Virus record (IMG/VR): IMGVR_UViG_3300020420_000671
From: a virus
Taxonomy: Duplodnaviria; Caudoviricetes
Length of the DNA: 64,000 nt
Reading direction: 5' to 3' (one strand)
This document shows, piece after piece, positions 39,917 through 50,112 of this stretch (its first letter is position 1; every line of letters starts with the position of its first letter). Under the pieces are notes generated by a model that made no database searches, was not told the origin of the DNA, and saw nothing but the letters and a program-made list of their open reading frames with translations. The translations under genes and the position numbers were made by a program.

Positions 39917-42900
39917 TAGTATCCATAGCCTCCGCCGCCTCCGCCGGAACTACCGCCTCCACCGCTAGATCCGCCGCCTCCTGAACTACCTGAACTACCT
40001 GAACTAGAACTGCTAGAGCTTGAACTGCTAGAGCTTGAACTTGTAGTTGTAGTTGAAGTTGCTGTGCTTGTGGTGGTGCTTGACAAAGCTGTACTTTGTA
40101 TACCAGCATTGGTTGTGCTAGTGCTTGTAATAACTTTGCCAGACGCTTGAATTCTAGAAGCCGTAATAGAATCTATTATTTCTACATCTTGAACAGTAGC
40201 ATCACTCACAAAAATTTCATCATTTTCGCTTTTTATTTCAATTAAGCTACCAAAGGCCAGTGTGCCTAGTTTTGGTACAATTATAAGATTAACTATATCA
40301 GGAGCAAGTGCGTTCGTAACATAGGTAGCTAATTCTGTGAAGTGAAATGTTTCGCCAAAATCCCAATTCTGTAAAGAAAAATATCTGTTTATAGCTGAAA
40401 TTATTCTTACTTTTACATCATTGTCATTTATTACTGCTTCTGGATTTTTTACTACCTTGAATACTGCTTGTAAATTTTCTCCTGCTTTGGAGCCAAATAA
40501 TACTTTGTATTTTACTGGATGATAGATAATTTCATCACTTATCGCTTTTACTTTGTTTATTTCTGTGCCGTATTGTTGAAACAATTCATCACTGCTAGGT
40601 GGTAACGGCATGTTTGTAATATTTCCTGCTAGATAGGATCTATATTGAACATCATATGATCTTGTAAGTAGATATACATCTATAATATTTGACGCACTAG
40701 GATCTATACGATTGCTTTCATTGGCACTATGGATATAGTGAAATTTTAAATCACTTCTTCCAATAAATGCTTGATAATCACTTGTGAGATTCAAAGCGTT
40801 ATTGTTTAAAATTTTAAAGTTTTTCTGGTCAAGTATGTAAAAAACTTTACCATCAGTATATTGAGAGTAAGCTCCTATAGCTGTTTCTGTAGAAACAATG
40901 GATATTGAACTTCCATCAGCATAGTAATTAAATTTATTGAACCCTTGATTGCTATCTTCTTTTTTAAGAAAAACATATTTTGTTGTTGGATTTACTAATG
41001 GATCAACTATTACATCAAAAATATCAGGATCGTCTATTGACCCATCATCATTTAAGTCAAAGAATCCAACTTGTACTTTTTTGCTGTTAATATAACCATC
41101 TTGATTTTTATAATCAGAAACAATTTCCCAATTTATATCATTATTAAATTGTGTAAGAGCATCGGGCTTCGTATTAAAATTCATTACAGAAATTTTATCT
41201 TTTACTAATTGTCCAGTTGCTGAATCATATATTTTATTTTGTCCATCATAATAAAAACTTAATTCTGTATCACTTTCAAATATGTATCGTAATCCTCTGT
41301 TTGTAACTGTATATTTTTCACCGTCAGTTTCGAATAGAACAAACCAACTTGAATCTAACTGGTTGCCTGTTACGTCTCCAGTTTTACCATTGCTAAACGC
41401 ATCATTTATATTTAAATTTTCATTTATAATCACACGCCAAATTCTATTTACTTGATCGTATCGTAAGCCAAAAGTTTTATAAGCAAAAACTTGATCAATA
41501 ATTTGTGATCTCACATCTGCTGTGATGTCTTTAACTAATTTAGGTTTTACTTCTTGTATAATACTATTAGCAGGTAACACAGCATTTACGGTGATAGGAC
41601 CATCACCTGTTGTAGCATCAACTGTTGTACCTGATCCGGTAACGCTAATTACTTTTACCCATTTATAAGAAGTAGCTCCTTTTTTATTAGCATCACTTGT
41701 CAGTTCTCCGTTACCTATAAAATAAAATCCTGTAGGTGGAATAAACTTTAATAATGCTCCTGGTTCAACATATCTTAAAAATCCTGTAGTAAATGTGCCT
41801 ACTTGGAAGGGCACTAAATTTATATTTTCTAAAAGTCCTGTAGAACTATTAGAAGCTTTTGTTGACTGTTTCCATGTTGCGTTTAAGTCACTAACAATTA
41901 TTTTAGCAAAGTTACCTAAATAAAAATTTGTAGTGCTTCTTTGCTGTATTGTTGGTACAATTAAGTTTTCTATATTTCCTTCTATATCAGTTTGGTTAGA
42001 AAATGTAAAAGATTTCTTTTCCTCAAATGCTTCCTTATAAATTACTCCATCGCTTCCATAAAGATTTGTGCTAGAATATTTTCCGGTAACATCTTTCAAA
42101 TCAAAATATCTACTGATACCACTTGATATTCTGTTCGTAGATTTTACTTTTACAATTTCTTGATTAGTTGATGAAGGATAAACATTATAATCTTCCCCAG
42201 TAATCATTCTATTTTGTGTGTAATATGTTTGTGGAGCATTTACTCTAATACTAGCGTCTGTTTCACTAGGAGAAGCATTAGATACAGGAGACTTTAATTC
42301 TAAACCTAAAGTAAGCGTTTCTGTTGTACCTGATTTACTAGTGTAGTCTAATGCTACTTGTACATCAGTAATTTCTTCTGGTTTGATTCTTAAACTTCTA
42401 TTAGCACTTGTTCTGTAAAATACTTGAAACTGTCCACTTGGTGCGTTACCAAATGTTCCATCAGCAAAAACTAAACTTACTTGATCATCTGCTCTTGTCT
42501 GTACAACATAAAAATCTCTAACTGCTTTATTAATACTGTTGTAAATGGCATTATTTCCTTCTGTGGAATCAACCTTTGTCCAAACTTTTTCTACTATACC
42601 TCCGGATGATAATTTTGTAAGCCATACATCTGTATCATTAATGTTATCTGCTTCAATAGTAATTCTTTGATTGGCAACAACATTGCCTATATCGAACACA
42701 CTATTTTGTAACGTACCTTGTCTAAAATGACAAAAGTATCCTGTATTAGAACTATTGTTTCCTCTTCCATCTTCTCTATACATAAATTGTAAAGCATTAC
42801 CTTCTATAGGAGTTTCTTCTTTCAAAGTTAAACTTACTTCGTCTATGTCAGTAGATACTATTTCGAACTGAGATGGTAAACCGTTTACTGTTTTTGTAAA

Positions 42901-43500
42901 TCCATAAACTGGTACTGCTGTTGTGTTTTGATTAAATCTATATGCCTGTGTCAATATACCATTTATATTTTTCGATTTTCTTGGTTTTCCTATTGTGTTA
43001 TTAGAAGGTAAAGCTGAATTCAAAACTCTTCTAAACTGTTCTGCCCAATTTGTATTACTAGGATCGTTCCATATTATAGTTTGATTAGATAAATTAGCAC
43101 CGTTACTATCTACTATGGACTCTGTTGTTGAAACAGTATCAAATTTCAATAAGCCGTTTGCGGCTCTGTTCCTTCTAGGATTATATGACAGCAATCTTGC
43201 TAGTCTTAAGACAGACTCTCTTCTTTCAGCAAGTTCTAAAAAGTTTTCTCTTGAATTTAAATCAACACGATAAGAAATATTTTGGCCTAAAAATGCTATA
43301 ATATCTATTAAAGCTAAAAATTCACTCGTTTCAATATAATCATTAAAGTCCTCAGGATAGTTGTTCCTGAGATACGTAATCATGACTCTTCTTAAAGAGT
43401 CAAAATCATAACTTTTAAATTCTGCGTTGCGAAAACTTTGGTATACTTTTGACCAATCTTCAGCAAGTAGTAGTCTATTTTGTCTATCTGTGGACGACAT
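39916..43500 (-). CDS. gp6: Baseplate wedge protein, T4 gp6-like
   Basis: YDFDSLR, FNDYIETSEF, FLELAERRESVLRLARLLSYNPRR, QNRMITGEDY motifs. Confidence 0.75.
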   Translation of the reverse strand: MSSTDRQNRLLLAEDWSKVYQSFRNAEFKSYDFDSLRRVMITYLRNNYPEDFNDYIETSEFLALIDIIAFLGQNISYRVDLNSRENFLELAERRESVLRLARLLSYNPRRNRAANGLLKFDTVSTTESIVDSNGANLSNQTIIWNDPSNTNWAEQFRRVLNSALPSNNTIGKPRKSKNINGILTQAYRFNQNTTAVPVYGFTKTVNGLPSQFEIVSTDIDEVSLTLKEETPIEGNALQFMYREDGRGNNSSNTGYFCHFRQGTLQNSVFDIGNVVANQRITIEADNINDTDVWLTKLSSGGIVEKVWTKVDSTEGNNAIYNSINKAVRDFYVVQTRADDQVSLVFADGTFGNAPSGQFQVFYRTSANRSLRIKPEEITDVQVALDYTSKSGTTETLTLGLELKSPVSNASPSETDASIRVNAPQTYYTQNRMITGEDYNVYPSSTNQEIVKVKSTNRISSGISRYFDLKDVTGKYSSTNLYGSDGVIYKEAFEEKKSFTFSNQTDIEGNIENLIVPTIQQRSTTNFYLGNFAKIIVSDLNATWKQSTKASNSSTGLLENINLVPFQVGTFTTGFLRYVEPGALLKFIPPTGFYFIGNGELTSDANKKGATSYKWVKVISVTGSGTTVDATTGDGPITVNAVLPANSIIQEVKPKLVKDITADVRSQIIDQVFAYKTFGLRYDQVNRIWRVIINENLNINDAFSNGKTGDVTGNQLDSSWFVLFETDGEKYTVTNRGLRYIFESDTELSFYYDGQNKIYDSATGQLVKDKISVMNFNTKPDALTQFNNDINWEIVSDYKNQDGYINSKKVQVGFFDLNDDGSIDDPDIFDVIVDPLVNPTTKYVFLKKEDSNQGFNKFNYYADGSSISIVSTETAIGAYSQYTDGKVFYILDQKNFKILNNNALNLTSDYQAFIGRSDLKFHYIHSANESNRIDPSASNIIDVYLLTRSYDVQYRSYLAGNITNMPLPPSSDELFQQYGTEINKVKAISDEIIYHPVKYKVLFGSKAGENLQAVFKVVKNPEAVINDNDVKVRIISAINRYFSLQNWDFGETFHFTELATYVTNALAPDIVNLIIVPKLGTLAFGSLIEIKSENDEIFVSDATVQDVEIIDSITASRIQASGKVITSTSTTNAGIQSTALSSTTTSTATSTTTTSSSSSSSSSSSSSSGSSGSSGGGGSSGGGGSSGGGGGGYGY
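39919..40100 (-). repeat. Low-complexity tandem repeats encoding the Thr/Ser/Gly tail of the gp6-like protein
   Basis: CTGAACTAC x2 plus CTGAACTAG (39981-40007); GAACTGCTAGAGCTT x2 (40007-40036); CCG-rich run encoding GGGG. Confidence 0.85.
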
Positions 43501-43527
43501 TTAGTTTCCTTAATTCTTTTATAAATG

Positions 43528-43533
43528 TATTTA
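43528..43533 (-). promoter_or_regulatory. Late promoter
   Basis: AATAAATA 27 nt upstream of ATG 43500, with SD AAGGA. Confidence 0.55.
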
Positions 43534-43563
43534 TTATATAGAATTATATGACCACTTAATTCT

Positions 43564-43998
43564 TTAACTTGTCAGGCCGTTTGCTTTGTCAAACTGAAGT
43601 CTAAGCTGTTCACTTATATTATATGTGAGATACTGTAATGTGCATTCAACTTGTAATCCACTTTCGAACTCAGTCACTGAAACACCACTTGCCTTTACTC
43701 TAGGATCATAATTTACTATATTTGTTACATTTCTTGTTATTGCGTCTATTAATTCACGTGTTAAGGGTTCGTATAATGCGTCCCAAATAATACATCCAAA
43801 TCTTGGATTTGAGAGTTTTTCCCCTTGTCTTATGTTAAAATGATTTAAAAGATCTTGTTTAATAAGGCCAAGATCATATTGTTGGAAGCTGGTGTTTTCT
43901 GGATTAACCGTACTAAATCCTCTGTAAGCCTTTTGCTTTACAGGCAACTTGGGTGCTTTTGCTGTTTTTATTTTTATTTCTTTATATAAGTCTGCCAT
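43564..43998 (-). CDS. gp25: Baseplate wedge/sheath initiator, gp25-like
   Basis: IKQDLLNHFNIRQGEKLSNPRFGC..WDALYEPL...YDPRV. Confidence 0.85.
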   Translation of the reverse strand: MADLYKEIKIKTAKAPKLPVKQKAYRGFSTVNPENTSFQQYDLGLIKQDLLNHFNIRQGEKLSNPRFGCIIWDALYEPLTRELIDAITRNVTNIVNYDPRVKASGVSVTEFESGLQVECTLQYLTYNISEQLRLQFDKANGLTS

Positions 43999-44003
43999 AA
44001 TAA

Positions 44004-44009
44004 TATTTA
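44004..44009 (-). promoter_or_regulatory. Late promoter, 5 nt before the start codon
   Basis: TAAATA-TTATT-ATG(43998), no SD. Confidence 0.6.
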
Positions 44010-44318
44010 TTCGTTTGCGTATACCGTGGTTTGTGTTGTGCTTTTTATCTGAGCATTACAATCATAAGTATCACCTATTCTACCAACTTCTAAATCTTCG
44101 GCAAAAACATCTGGACTGTGAGTCACTAAAGGTGTTCCGTATACAGGTGGACAATGCGTGTGTGGTTCATTGAGATCTGTTTTTCTATGTATGCCATGAC
44201 CAGCAACAAATACAGTTGAACTACCCGTGTCAGTAAGTATGTCACCAGGGGCTACACAGATTGGATGTACTGTGTCCACTATATCTCCTGATCCTACTTT
44301 TCTAGCTATCAATGGCAT
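44007..44318 (-). CDS. gp5.4: PAAR-like spike tip protein (gp5.4-like)
   Basis: GSSTVFVAG, HTHC, SPDVF..GRIGD...C pattern; immediately follows the spike gene. Confidence 0.8.
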   Translation of the reverse strand: MPLIARKVGSGDIVDTVHPICVAPGDILTDTGSSTVFVAGHGIHRKTDLNEPHTHCPPVYGTPLVTHSPDVFAEDLEVGRIGDTYDCNAQIKSTTQTTVYANE

Positions 44319-47029
44319 TATTGTACCTGCATCACTCCTCCGCCATGTGCTATTGGTGTTGGCGGTGTTAAGGAAGCTAACGGTGTTAATTCTTTTTTCT
44401 TAATTCTTTGGTAGTAGCTTTTTCCTGTTTCTATTCTTTCGGAAGTTTTACTTCCTGTCCTGTCAGCATATCCAACAGCATTCTTAAATTGAGAACCTAG
44501 TGAAGTAAAGTTTGTTGTTGTCCAAGTTATAAATCCAGCCTTCTCTCCTTTTGTCAAGTATGCTACTGCTAATTTACAAGCAGTAGAAGGATCGTTTGCT
44601 AATTCAGGATTATTATAAATGTCTGTGCCTATTAATCCACCATATGTTTTGTAGTTGTCTGTACCTGTTAATTGTATCAAACCTCTACCTCGGTATGTCC
44701 AGCCGTCTCCTGTTTCTGGGGCACCATTACCCATTCTGTTTCCATATACAACACTTGCTATTTGAACTGGTTTTCTATGTAAAGTTTCTGAAAGTGCTGT
44801 TCCACCTTTTTTACTAAACATTTTAAAAGTTGCTCTCATACCAGCGGCACTATAATTCATGTTTTCACTCTTTGGTATGAAATTGCTTTCATGTTTTATT
44901 TGAGCACATGCCATTGCTATTGCTTCCCCTGCTCCACCAGGAGTAGCACCACTATTAAGTGCCTTGGCTGGATCTAGTCCTAATGACTTAATTAATTCGC
45001 TTATAAAAAATCTTGTCATATCTTCATCATTGACTGGATCATTTGGTTGTGTACCCTTGGTTCCGTCATTATTCGTTTGAAATATTTTACTTGTATCAAT
45101 TGATTCAGGTTCAGCATCTCCAGCTCTGAACACTCCTGAAGTGCTATTTCTTTCAGGCATGTCTGATTCCTTTTCCAAAGGTGGATTTTGACTTCTTATT
45201 TCAGGTGCTGGTGAATTTATACTGTCTGTTTCTCCTGGTGTATGAGCAGATGGATTATAACTTTCGTGTGAGTTCCAAGGCTCGTGTTGAGGAGTTCTTC
45301 TTGGTAGTAATGCTATGGCGGCATCTGATGCTCTAGTAGCATCAGCCGTAACTCTTTGGTCAGCTATAGGACTTCCATTCTTATCTAAAACTTGGTCTGA
45401 ATCATCAACTGCTTCATTTGTAGCAGGTTTAGTAAATGTATCACCGATTGAATCTGCTGTATCTGAAGGATCTGGAACTTGAGCAGGACTGTTCATATGT
45501 ATTTGCGAAGCCTGTTCTCTGTGTACATCCACTGATAAAATTTGTGTTTTACCTCCAGCATCTAATTTATTATCTGTGGCACTTTTAATTTGTGTATTAG
45601 CACCACTTGTAAATTTATTATCGCCTACAGTATTTAAATTAAACGCTCCATTGACTGTCTGTCTATAATCGCCTACAACCTTAGAATGAAAGTTTTGATT
45701 GATTGCTACATGTCCATCTAAAGTAACCTGTAAATTGTAATCTCCAGTAATTGTTGATCTATGTGTTCCTTCTATTTGAATATCTTCATCATTACCAATT
45801 GCTTTTTGTCTGTTTCCGCCAATCTTTAAATCCTGATTTATTGCCACATACTTGGTATCATTTTTAAGTATTCTAACATCATTGTTTTCAGCAACCTTTA
45901 CTTTTTTATCCCGCAGAGCTGTAAGGTTAAAATCTCTTCCTGCTAATATATTGATATCTCTGTCAGCAGTGATGTTTAAGTCTGTTTCAGTTCTTATGTT
46001 TATACTATCACTACCATAGATATCAATTTTTCCATTAGAAGTCATTTCTAACCAAGCACTACCTTGTGCGTTTGCGATATAGATTATATCTTCTGAATTG
46101 TGTAATAAAATCTGATGCCCTGTTCTTGTTCTTAAACGAACATGTTCGTTAAACGGTATAGTTTGATCACCTTTAGAAGCATTTTCAGCAATAGCTTCAA
46201 TGTCATAATACTTGGCTCCTGTGGATCCTGCTTTACCTGCTCTAATGATTGAAGGATCTCCGTCGTCCATTACAAAACTTGATCCACCTAATCTACTTCT
46301 AAAATATTCAATAGATTGTCCTTTGGACCCATATTTTCCTTTAGGTGCTCCATCTTTTTTATCTAAAGGTCCTGGACTATTCCATCCAAAAACTGTGCTT
46401 GGAATATCTCTCCTAGCACTTGATGTAGATTGTCCTCTGATTGGTTCTTTTAAAAGTCCCTGTGTTGAAAGAGCTCCTGCGAATAATGGATTGTGTGGCC
46501 TTTTGAAACGATCAGGATTATATCCTTTGTGATTTAATTTTTTATTATATTCACCGGTAGGTAATCTTCTACCTTTGTAGTCATCTGCTAATCCGTCTTG
46601 ATAAATTATGTCTGCTCCTGAGGTAGGATTGCTTCCTGGCATCATACTATTCATGTATTGATCTTGTACACATCCTATCCAATAACATTGGTTAGGTTTA
46701 TTTTCTACGAATATTACCAACACCTTTGTACCCGGATCAGGTGGTACTGCCCAAAATCCATAACTTTGTTGTGTAGCCGCAAACTGTTCATTTCGTGAAT
46801 TAGATTCAACATCGTTGACTCCATAAAAAGGAGTGCAATAATGAGCAGTAAATTGTTGTCCTTCAGGAAAAAGTTCTTCACCTCCCGGTTGGGTATATGA
46901 CAAAAGTTCAACTTTCAATGATCCCATTCTATCAGCATCAAGATGACTAACCACTCTTGCTAAAAACGGACCAGCTGTAAAATTTTTTTCTGGATTAGCT
47001 CCGGCGGTTCTTTTTACTTGAGAAGACAT
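44318..47029 (-). CDS. gp5: Central spike gp5/VgrG-like protein with C-terminal GH19 lysozyme/chitinase domain
   Basis: OB-fold motif WAVPPDPGTKVLVIF; RLRTRTGHQILL; VxG beta-helix repeats; C-terminal AQIKHES...ENMNYS...DGWTYRGRGLIQLTG. Confidence 0.85.
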   Translation of the reverse strand: MSSQVKRTAGANPEKNFTAGPFLARVVSHLDADRMGSLKVELLSYTQPGGEELFPEGQQFTAHYCTPFYGVNDVESNSRNEQFAATQQSYGFWAVPPDPGTKVLVIFVENKPNQCYWIGCVQDQYMNSMMPGSNPTSGADIIYQDGLADDYKGRRLPTGEYNKKLNHKGYNPDRFKRPHNPLFAGALSTQGLLKEPIRGQSTSSARRDIPSTVFGWNSPGPLDKKDGAPKGKYGSKGQSIEYFRSRLGGSSFVMDDGDPSIIRAGKAGSTGAKYYDIEAIAENASKGDQTIPFNEHVRLRTRTGHQILLHNSEDIIYIANAQGSAWLEMTSNGKIDIYGSDSINIRTETDLNITADRDINILAGRDFNLTALRDKKVKVAENNDVRILKNDTKYVAINQDLKIGGNRQKAIGNDEDIQIEGTHRSTITGDYNLQVTLDGHVAINQNFHSKVVGDYRQTVNGAFNLNTVGDNKFTSGANTQIKSATDNKLDAGGKTQILSVDVHREQASQIHMNSPAQVPDPSDTADSIGDTFTKPATNEAVDDSDQVLDKNGSPIADQRVTADATRASDAAIALLPRRTPQHEPWNSHESYNPSAHTPGETDSINSPAPEIRSQNPPLEKESDMPERNSTSGVFRAGDAEPESIDTSKIFQTNNDGTKGTQPNDPVNDEDMTRFFISELIKSLGLDPAKALNSGATPGGAGEAIAMACAQIKHESNFIPKSENMNYSAAGMRATFKMFSKKGGTALSETLHRKPVQIASVVYGNRMGNGAPETGDGWTYRGRGLIQLTGTDNYKTYGGLIGTDIYNNPELANDPSTACKLAVAYLTKGEKAGFITWTTTNFTSLGSQFKNAVGYADRTGSKTSERIETGKSYYQRIKKKELTPLASLTPPTPIAHGGGVMQVQ

Positions 47030-49824
47030 TAAGTGCTTCCTCCTACGTCGGTTCCAGACGCTTTTCTATATTCATATTCTTGTTGACGCATTATAAAGTT
47101 AGCAAAGTCTGCTTTTGTTTTCTTAAGGTATTCATTACGGAGTGCTTCTTCTCCTCTTTCTATTCCATTTAGGTTTGTGTCAGCCAAAGCGTTAGCTAAT
47201 TCTAAAGGATCACCACTTGCGATAGCGGCGTCAATTCTTCTTTGTTGCTCCGCTCTAGTATTGAATAGGGTCTCTCTAATTTCCTTGGCATGATCATATT
47301 TTTCATTTAGGAACTGATTTCCTCTCCTTACAAGTGTAAGATCATTAGTATATGTATTTCCTCTAAAACTATTTGACACGGTAATTACTTGATATAATCC
47401 ACTAAACTGATTAACGTCTGATAAACCTTTTGCTGTTGGTGTGCCTGTATCTATATCTATAGGCGTCTTAAAGTTAATTATAATATCAACCTGTCCATTT
47501 TGGTAATTCATGGTTCCGTCACTGTTTATATTAATATATGGTGTTGGTGCTGAAAAATAATTTCCGCCTCCACTGTCTGTCATAAAGTACAAGTCTCCAA
47601 GAATAGTCAAATCAGCCATAATAAGATCCGCAGGACTATTAATCAAAGCATCTTGGAAAGCTCTTGCTACTCTTACTGCGGGTGTTTCTTGTACCGCACC
47701 TTGTGTTTGTTCACCTAATTGTGTTGAATTTACTGACGAACTCATGGCCGCTGTTTTAGCATTAGTTTTACTGGTTGATCCTTTTGTGTTTTTTATTGAT
47801 GTTTTTACATCAGTTGTATCTCTTCCTTTTTCTGATAAACTGTTATTGGCTGATCTATTCATAAAATCATTAGCAATAGCAGTATAAAAAGCAGTTTCAA
47901 ATTTTATATCAAAACTGAGAACATCAGTATTTTTACCAGTGTAGATATAATCATAATGTTTAACTGCTTGTGATCTAAGGTAGTCATAACCTGGAGGAGG
48001 ATCGTTTGGCATCATGAATACTGATTGATGTACCATAGCAGGAACAACATTGTATACGAAAATTTTAGGAAACTTATTAAACTTTCCTTCTGTAGCAGGA
48101 GCATCCAAAACATAAGTTTGAACTTCAATCCTAAACCATTCAACTAATCCTTTTGGATCTGAGGCAAGTTGTCCTCTTTCTAAAAGTTTTTTCCCGTAAT
48201 CACTTATTAACACAAGTTCTTCAATTATTCTTTGTATTTTAGTTCCTTGTTTAAATTGAACTGTTCTAGAAGTAGGATTGATTGACGTGCCGTTTCTATG
48301 TAGCACTTTTGCTTTTTCATCATAAACAAATTTGCTTATTCCAAAATTACTCGTTCCTGGTGCTAAACTTCCTTGAGAAAACATAGCAGTTGATCCAATT
48401 GAATTAGTAAAATTAGCTGTCATGAAATCTTTTTTAATTTTTTCACTTAGGTTATTTCGTTTAATACTATAACCCAATCTATCATACACATATTCTTTCT
48501 TCAAAATCTCTTCAGCATTACTCCCTCTAGCTTTTAATGCTCCTGGAGATTGATTAACCATGAAGTCTGTACCTATAGCACTAGCCACTGCTTCGTCTAT
48601 ATCATACTCTCTTCTATCCTTTGTGAAATCACCAAAGACTGCTGTGTTATCTGTATCAGCAAGTTGACTCTTCATCACATTCTGAGACATGTCTGTTGGA
48701 AATAAAATTATTATTTCGTCTGGTTCGTGTGGATCATCGGCTTCTTTTGCTGTTGATAATAGCGAAGTATTAACTACAGAAGCAAGACTGTTTACACCCG
48801 TTTGTAAAATTTCTTGTACTGTTCTTCCGCTGATAGATATGTTAGTTGGTAAACTTTGATTTTGATCTGTTAAAGCAGTTTCATTGAACGGCGTAGCTCT
48901 TACTATGTATTTTGAACCTCCATTAGTAACTTCAAATTCTACATTAAAAAGTTTTACAGCAAGTTGACGTTTGCCTTCTTTGTTTAATCTTAATTCACTA
49001 AATTTAGATTCTCCTTCTTTCTGTATCATGTCAGAATATCCTACTACATCTAATTGTAAAAGATAAGGACATTCAAGATAATTAGAATATCCGGCATTCA
49101 TAGCACAAAGCTGTAGATGTTGTAGAAACTGTCCCATGCTATAAGGTTCTGTTACTTCAAACTCAATGTTAAAAGCTGAAGTAACTCTAGTTTTTGTATT
49201 AGGAGCTACCACAGTTTTTATTTCAACATTATCTATAAAATATTGTGTATTAGGAATTCCATTTTTAATTTCTAGGTCTGTCATTGGTCTGGCCGGCATA
49301 GGACCCAACCTGCTGTAGACGCTATCAAATCCTCCCATTTTAATAACTGTATGTTGAGGTTTCGGTCCTCGCAGTCTATAAGTTTTATGCGGAAAATTAC
49401 ATTCGTCGTTGCTTAATGCCGCGAACGTCCAAAGATAATTTTTACTTACATAATCGTCTAAAATATTTCGTTTACGTGCTGATCCAAAGTGATCTAATCT
49501 TGCGGCATCTACTTCTGCCTGTGTCTTGGCACCCAATTCAGCCGCTTCGTAATCTTCATCAGTTGGTTCAACATTAGTTGAATATCCGTTAGCTACAAAT
49601 TTAGGAGCATTAGGATCAGCATCTCCAGCTGTAGCTGATTCTGCTTTTTTTCCTGCTGTATCTTTTTTAATATTTTTGCTATCAGTTCCGTCTAGTCCAG
49701 CCGCTTTCCTATATTCAGCATCGGTATCGACTTCACTACCTACAGTCTGTTCACCTTCTTTAGGTTTAAAAAATTTTTTTGTGCCTACAACTATATCAGC
49801 ATAGGTGTACGGTTGCTCGGACAT
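47029..49824 (-). CDS. Baseplate hub protein (gp27/GPD-like)
   Basis: C-terminal DLTILGD...GLYQVITVSNSF.G..Y.NDLTL pattern; located between LysM and spike genes. Confidence 0.55.
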   Translation of the reverse strand: MSEQPYTYADIVVGTKKFFKPKEGEQTVGSEVDTDAEYRKAAGLDGTDSKNIKKDTAGKKAESATAGDADPNAPKFVANGYSTNVEPTDEDYEAAELGAKTQAEVDAARLDHFGSARKRNILDDYVSKNYLWTFAALSNDECNFPHKTYRLRGPKPQHTVIKMGGFDSVYSRLGPMPARPMTDLEIKNGIPNTQYFIDNVEIKTVVAPNTKTRVTSAFNIEFEVTEPYSMGQFLQHLQLCAMNAGYSNYLECPYLLQLDVVGYSDMIQKEGESKFSELRLNKEGKRQLAVKLFNVEFEVTNGGSKYIVRATPFNETALTDQNQSLPTNISISGRTVQEILQTGVNSLASVVNTSLLSTAKEADDPHEPDEIIILFPTDMSQNVMKSQLADTDNTAVFGDFTKDRREYDIDEAVASAIGTDFMVNQSPGALKARGSNAEEILKKEYVYDRLGYSIKRNNLSEKIKKDFMTANFTNSIGSTAMFSQGSLAPGTSNFGISKFVYDEKAKVLHRNGTSINPTSRTVQFKQGTKIQRIIEELVLISDYGKKLLERGQLASDPKGLVEWFRIEVQTYVLDAPATEGKFNKFPKIFVYNVVPAMVHQSVFMMPNDPPPGYDYLRSQAVKHYDYIYTGKNTDVLSFDIKFETAFYTAIANDFMNRSANNSLSEKGRDTTDVKTSIKNTKGSTSKTNAKTAAMSSSVNSTQLGEQTQGAVQETPAVRVARAFQDALINSPADLIMADLTILGDLYFMTDSGGGNYFSAPTPYININSDGTMNYQNGQVDIIINFKTPIDIDTGTPTAKGLSDVNQFSGLYQVITVSNSFRGNTYTNDLTLVRRGNQFLNEKYDHAKEIRETLFNTRAEQQRRIDAAIASGDPLELANALADTNLNGIERGEEALRNEYLKKTKADFANFIMRQQEYEYRKASGTDVGGST

Positions 49825-49827
49825 ATA

Positions 49828-50112
49828 TTACTCCAATGCGTCTTTTACCCTAGAAGGGCTTGGTAGATATATAGAAGTTCCTGTAGCGATATCGTAGATA
49901 AAATCTTCTATTGTATCTAGATTTCTTTGCCCAAATACCCACCATAGATCTTTGTTTCCATAATAGTCATAAGCTAAAAGATCTGGTCTATGATTGTACT
50001 GAGGTTCAATTGTATAAAGTTTATCATCATAAAAAGCTGGAATAGGTCTAATGGTTAAAAGGTCTAATGTTCCATTTATTTTAAACTCTGTATCTTTATA
50101 AGGACTTGACAT
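49828..50112 (-). CDS. gp53: LysM-type baseplate wedge protein (gp53/tail X-like)
   Basis: YTIEPQYNHRPDLLAYDYYG..DLWWV. Confidence 0.75.
   Translation of the reverse strand: MSSPYKDTEFKINGTLDLLTIRPIPAFYDDKLYTIEPQYNHRPDLLAYDYYGNKDLWWVFGQRNLDTIEDFIYDIATGTSIYLPSPSRVKDALE

Noticed and set aside
39919-40100. CRISPR-like or DGR repeat
   Set aside because: Repeats are 9-15 nt, contiguous, without spacers and in frame with a Ser/Gly coding tail; no cas or reverse transcriptase gene
39903-40109. 68-aa QAL/QVV-repeat ORF
   Set aside because: Alternate frame of the gp6-like low-complexity tail
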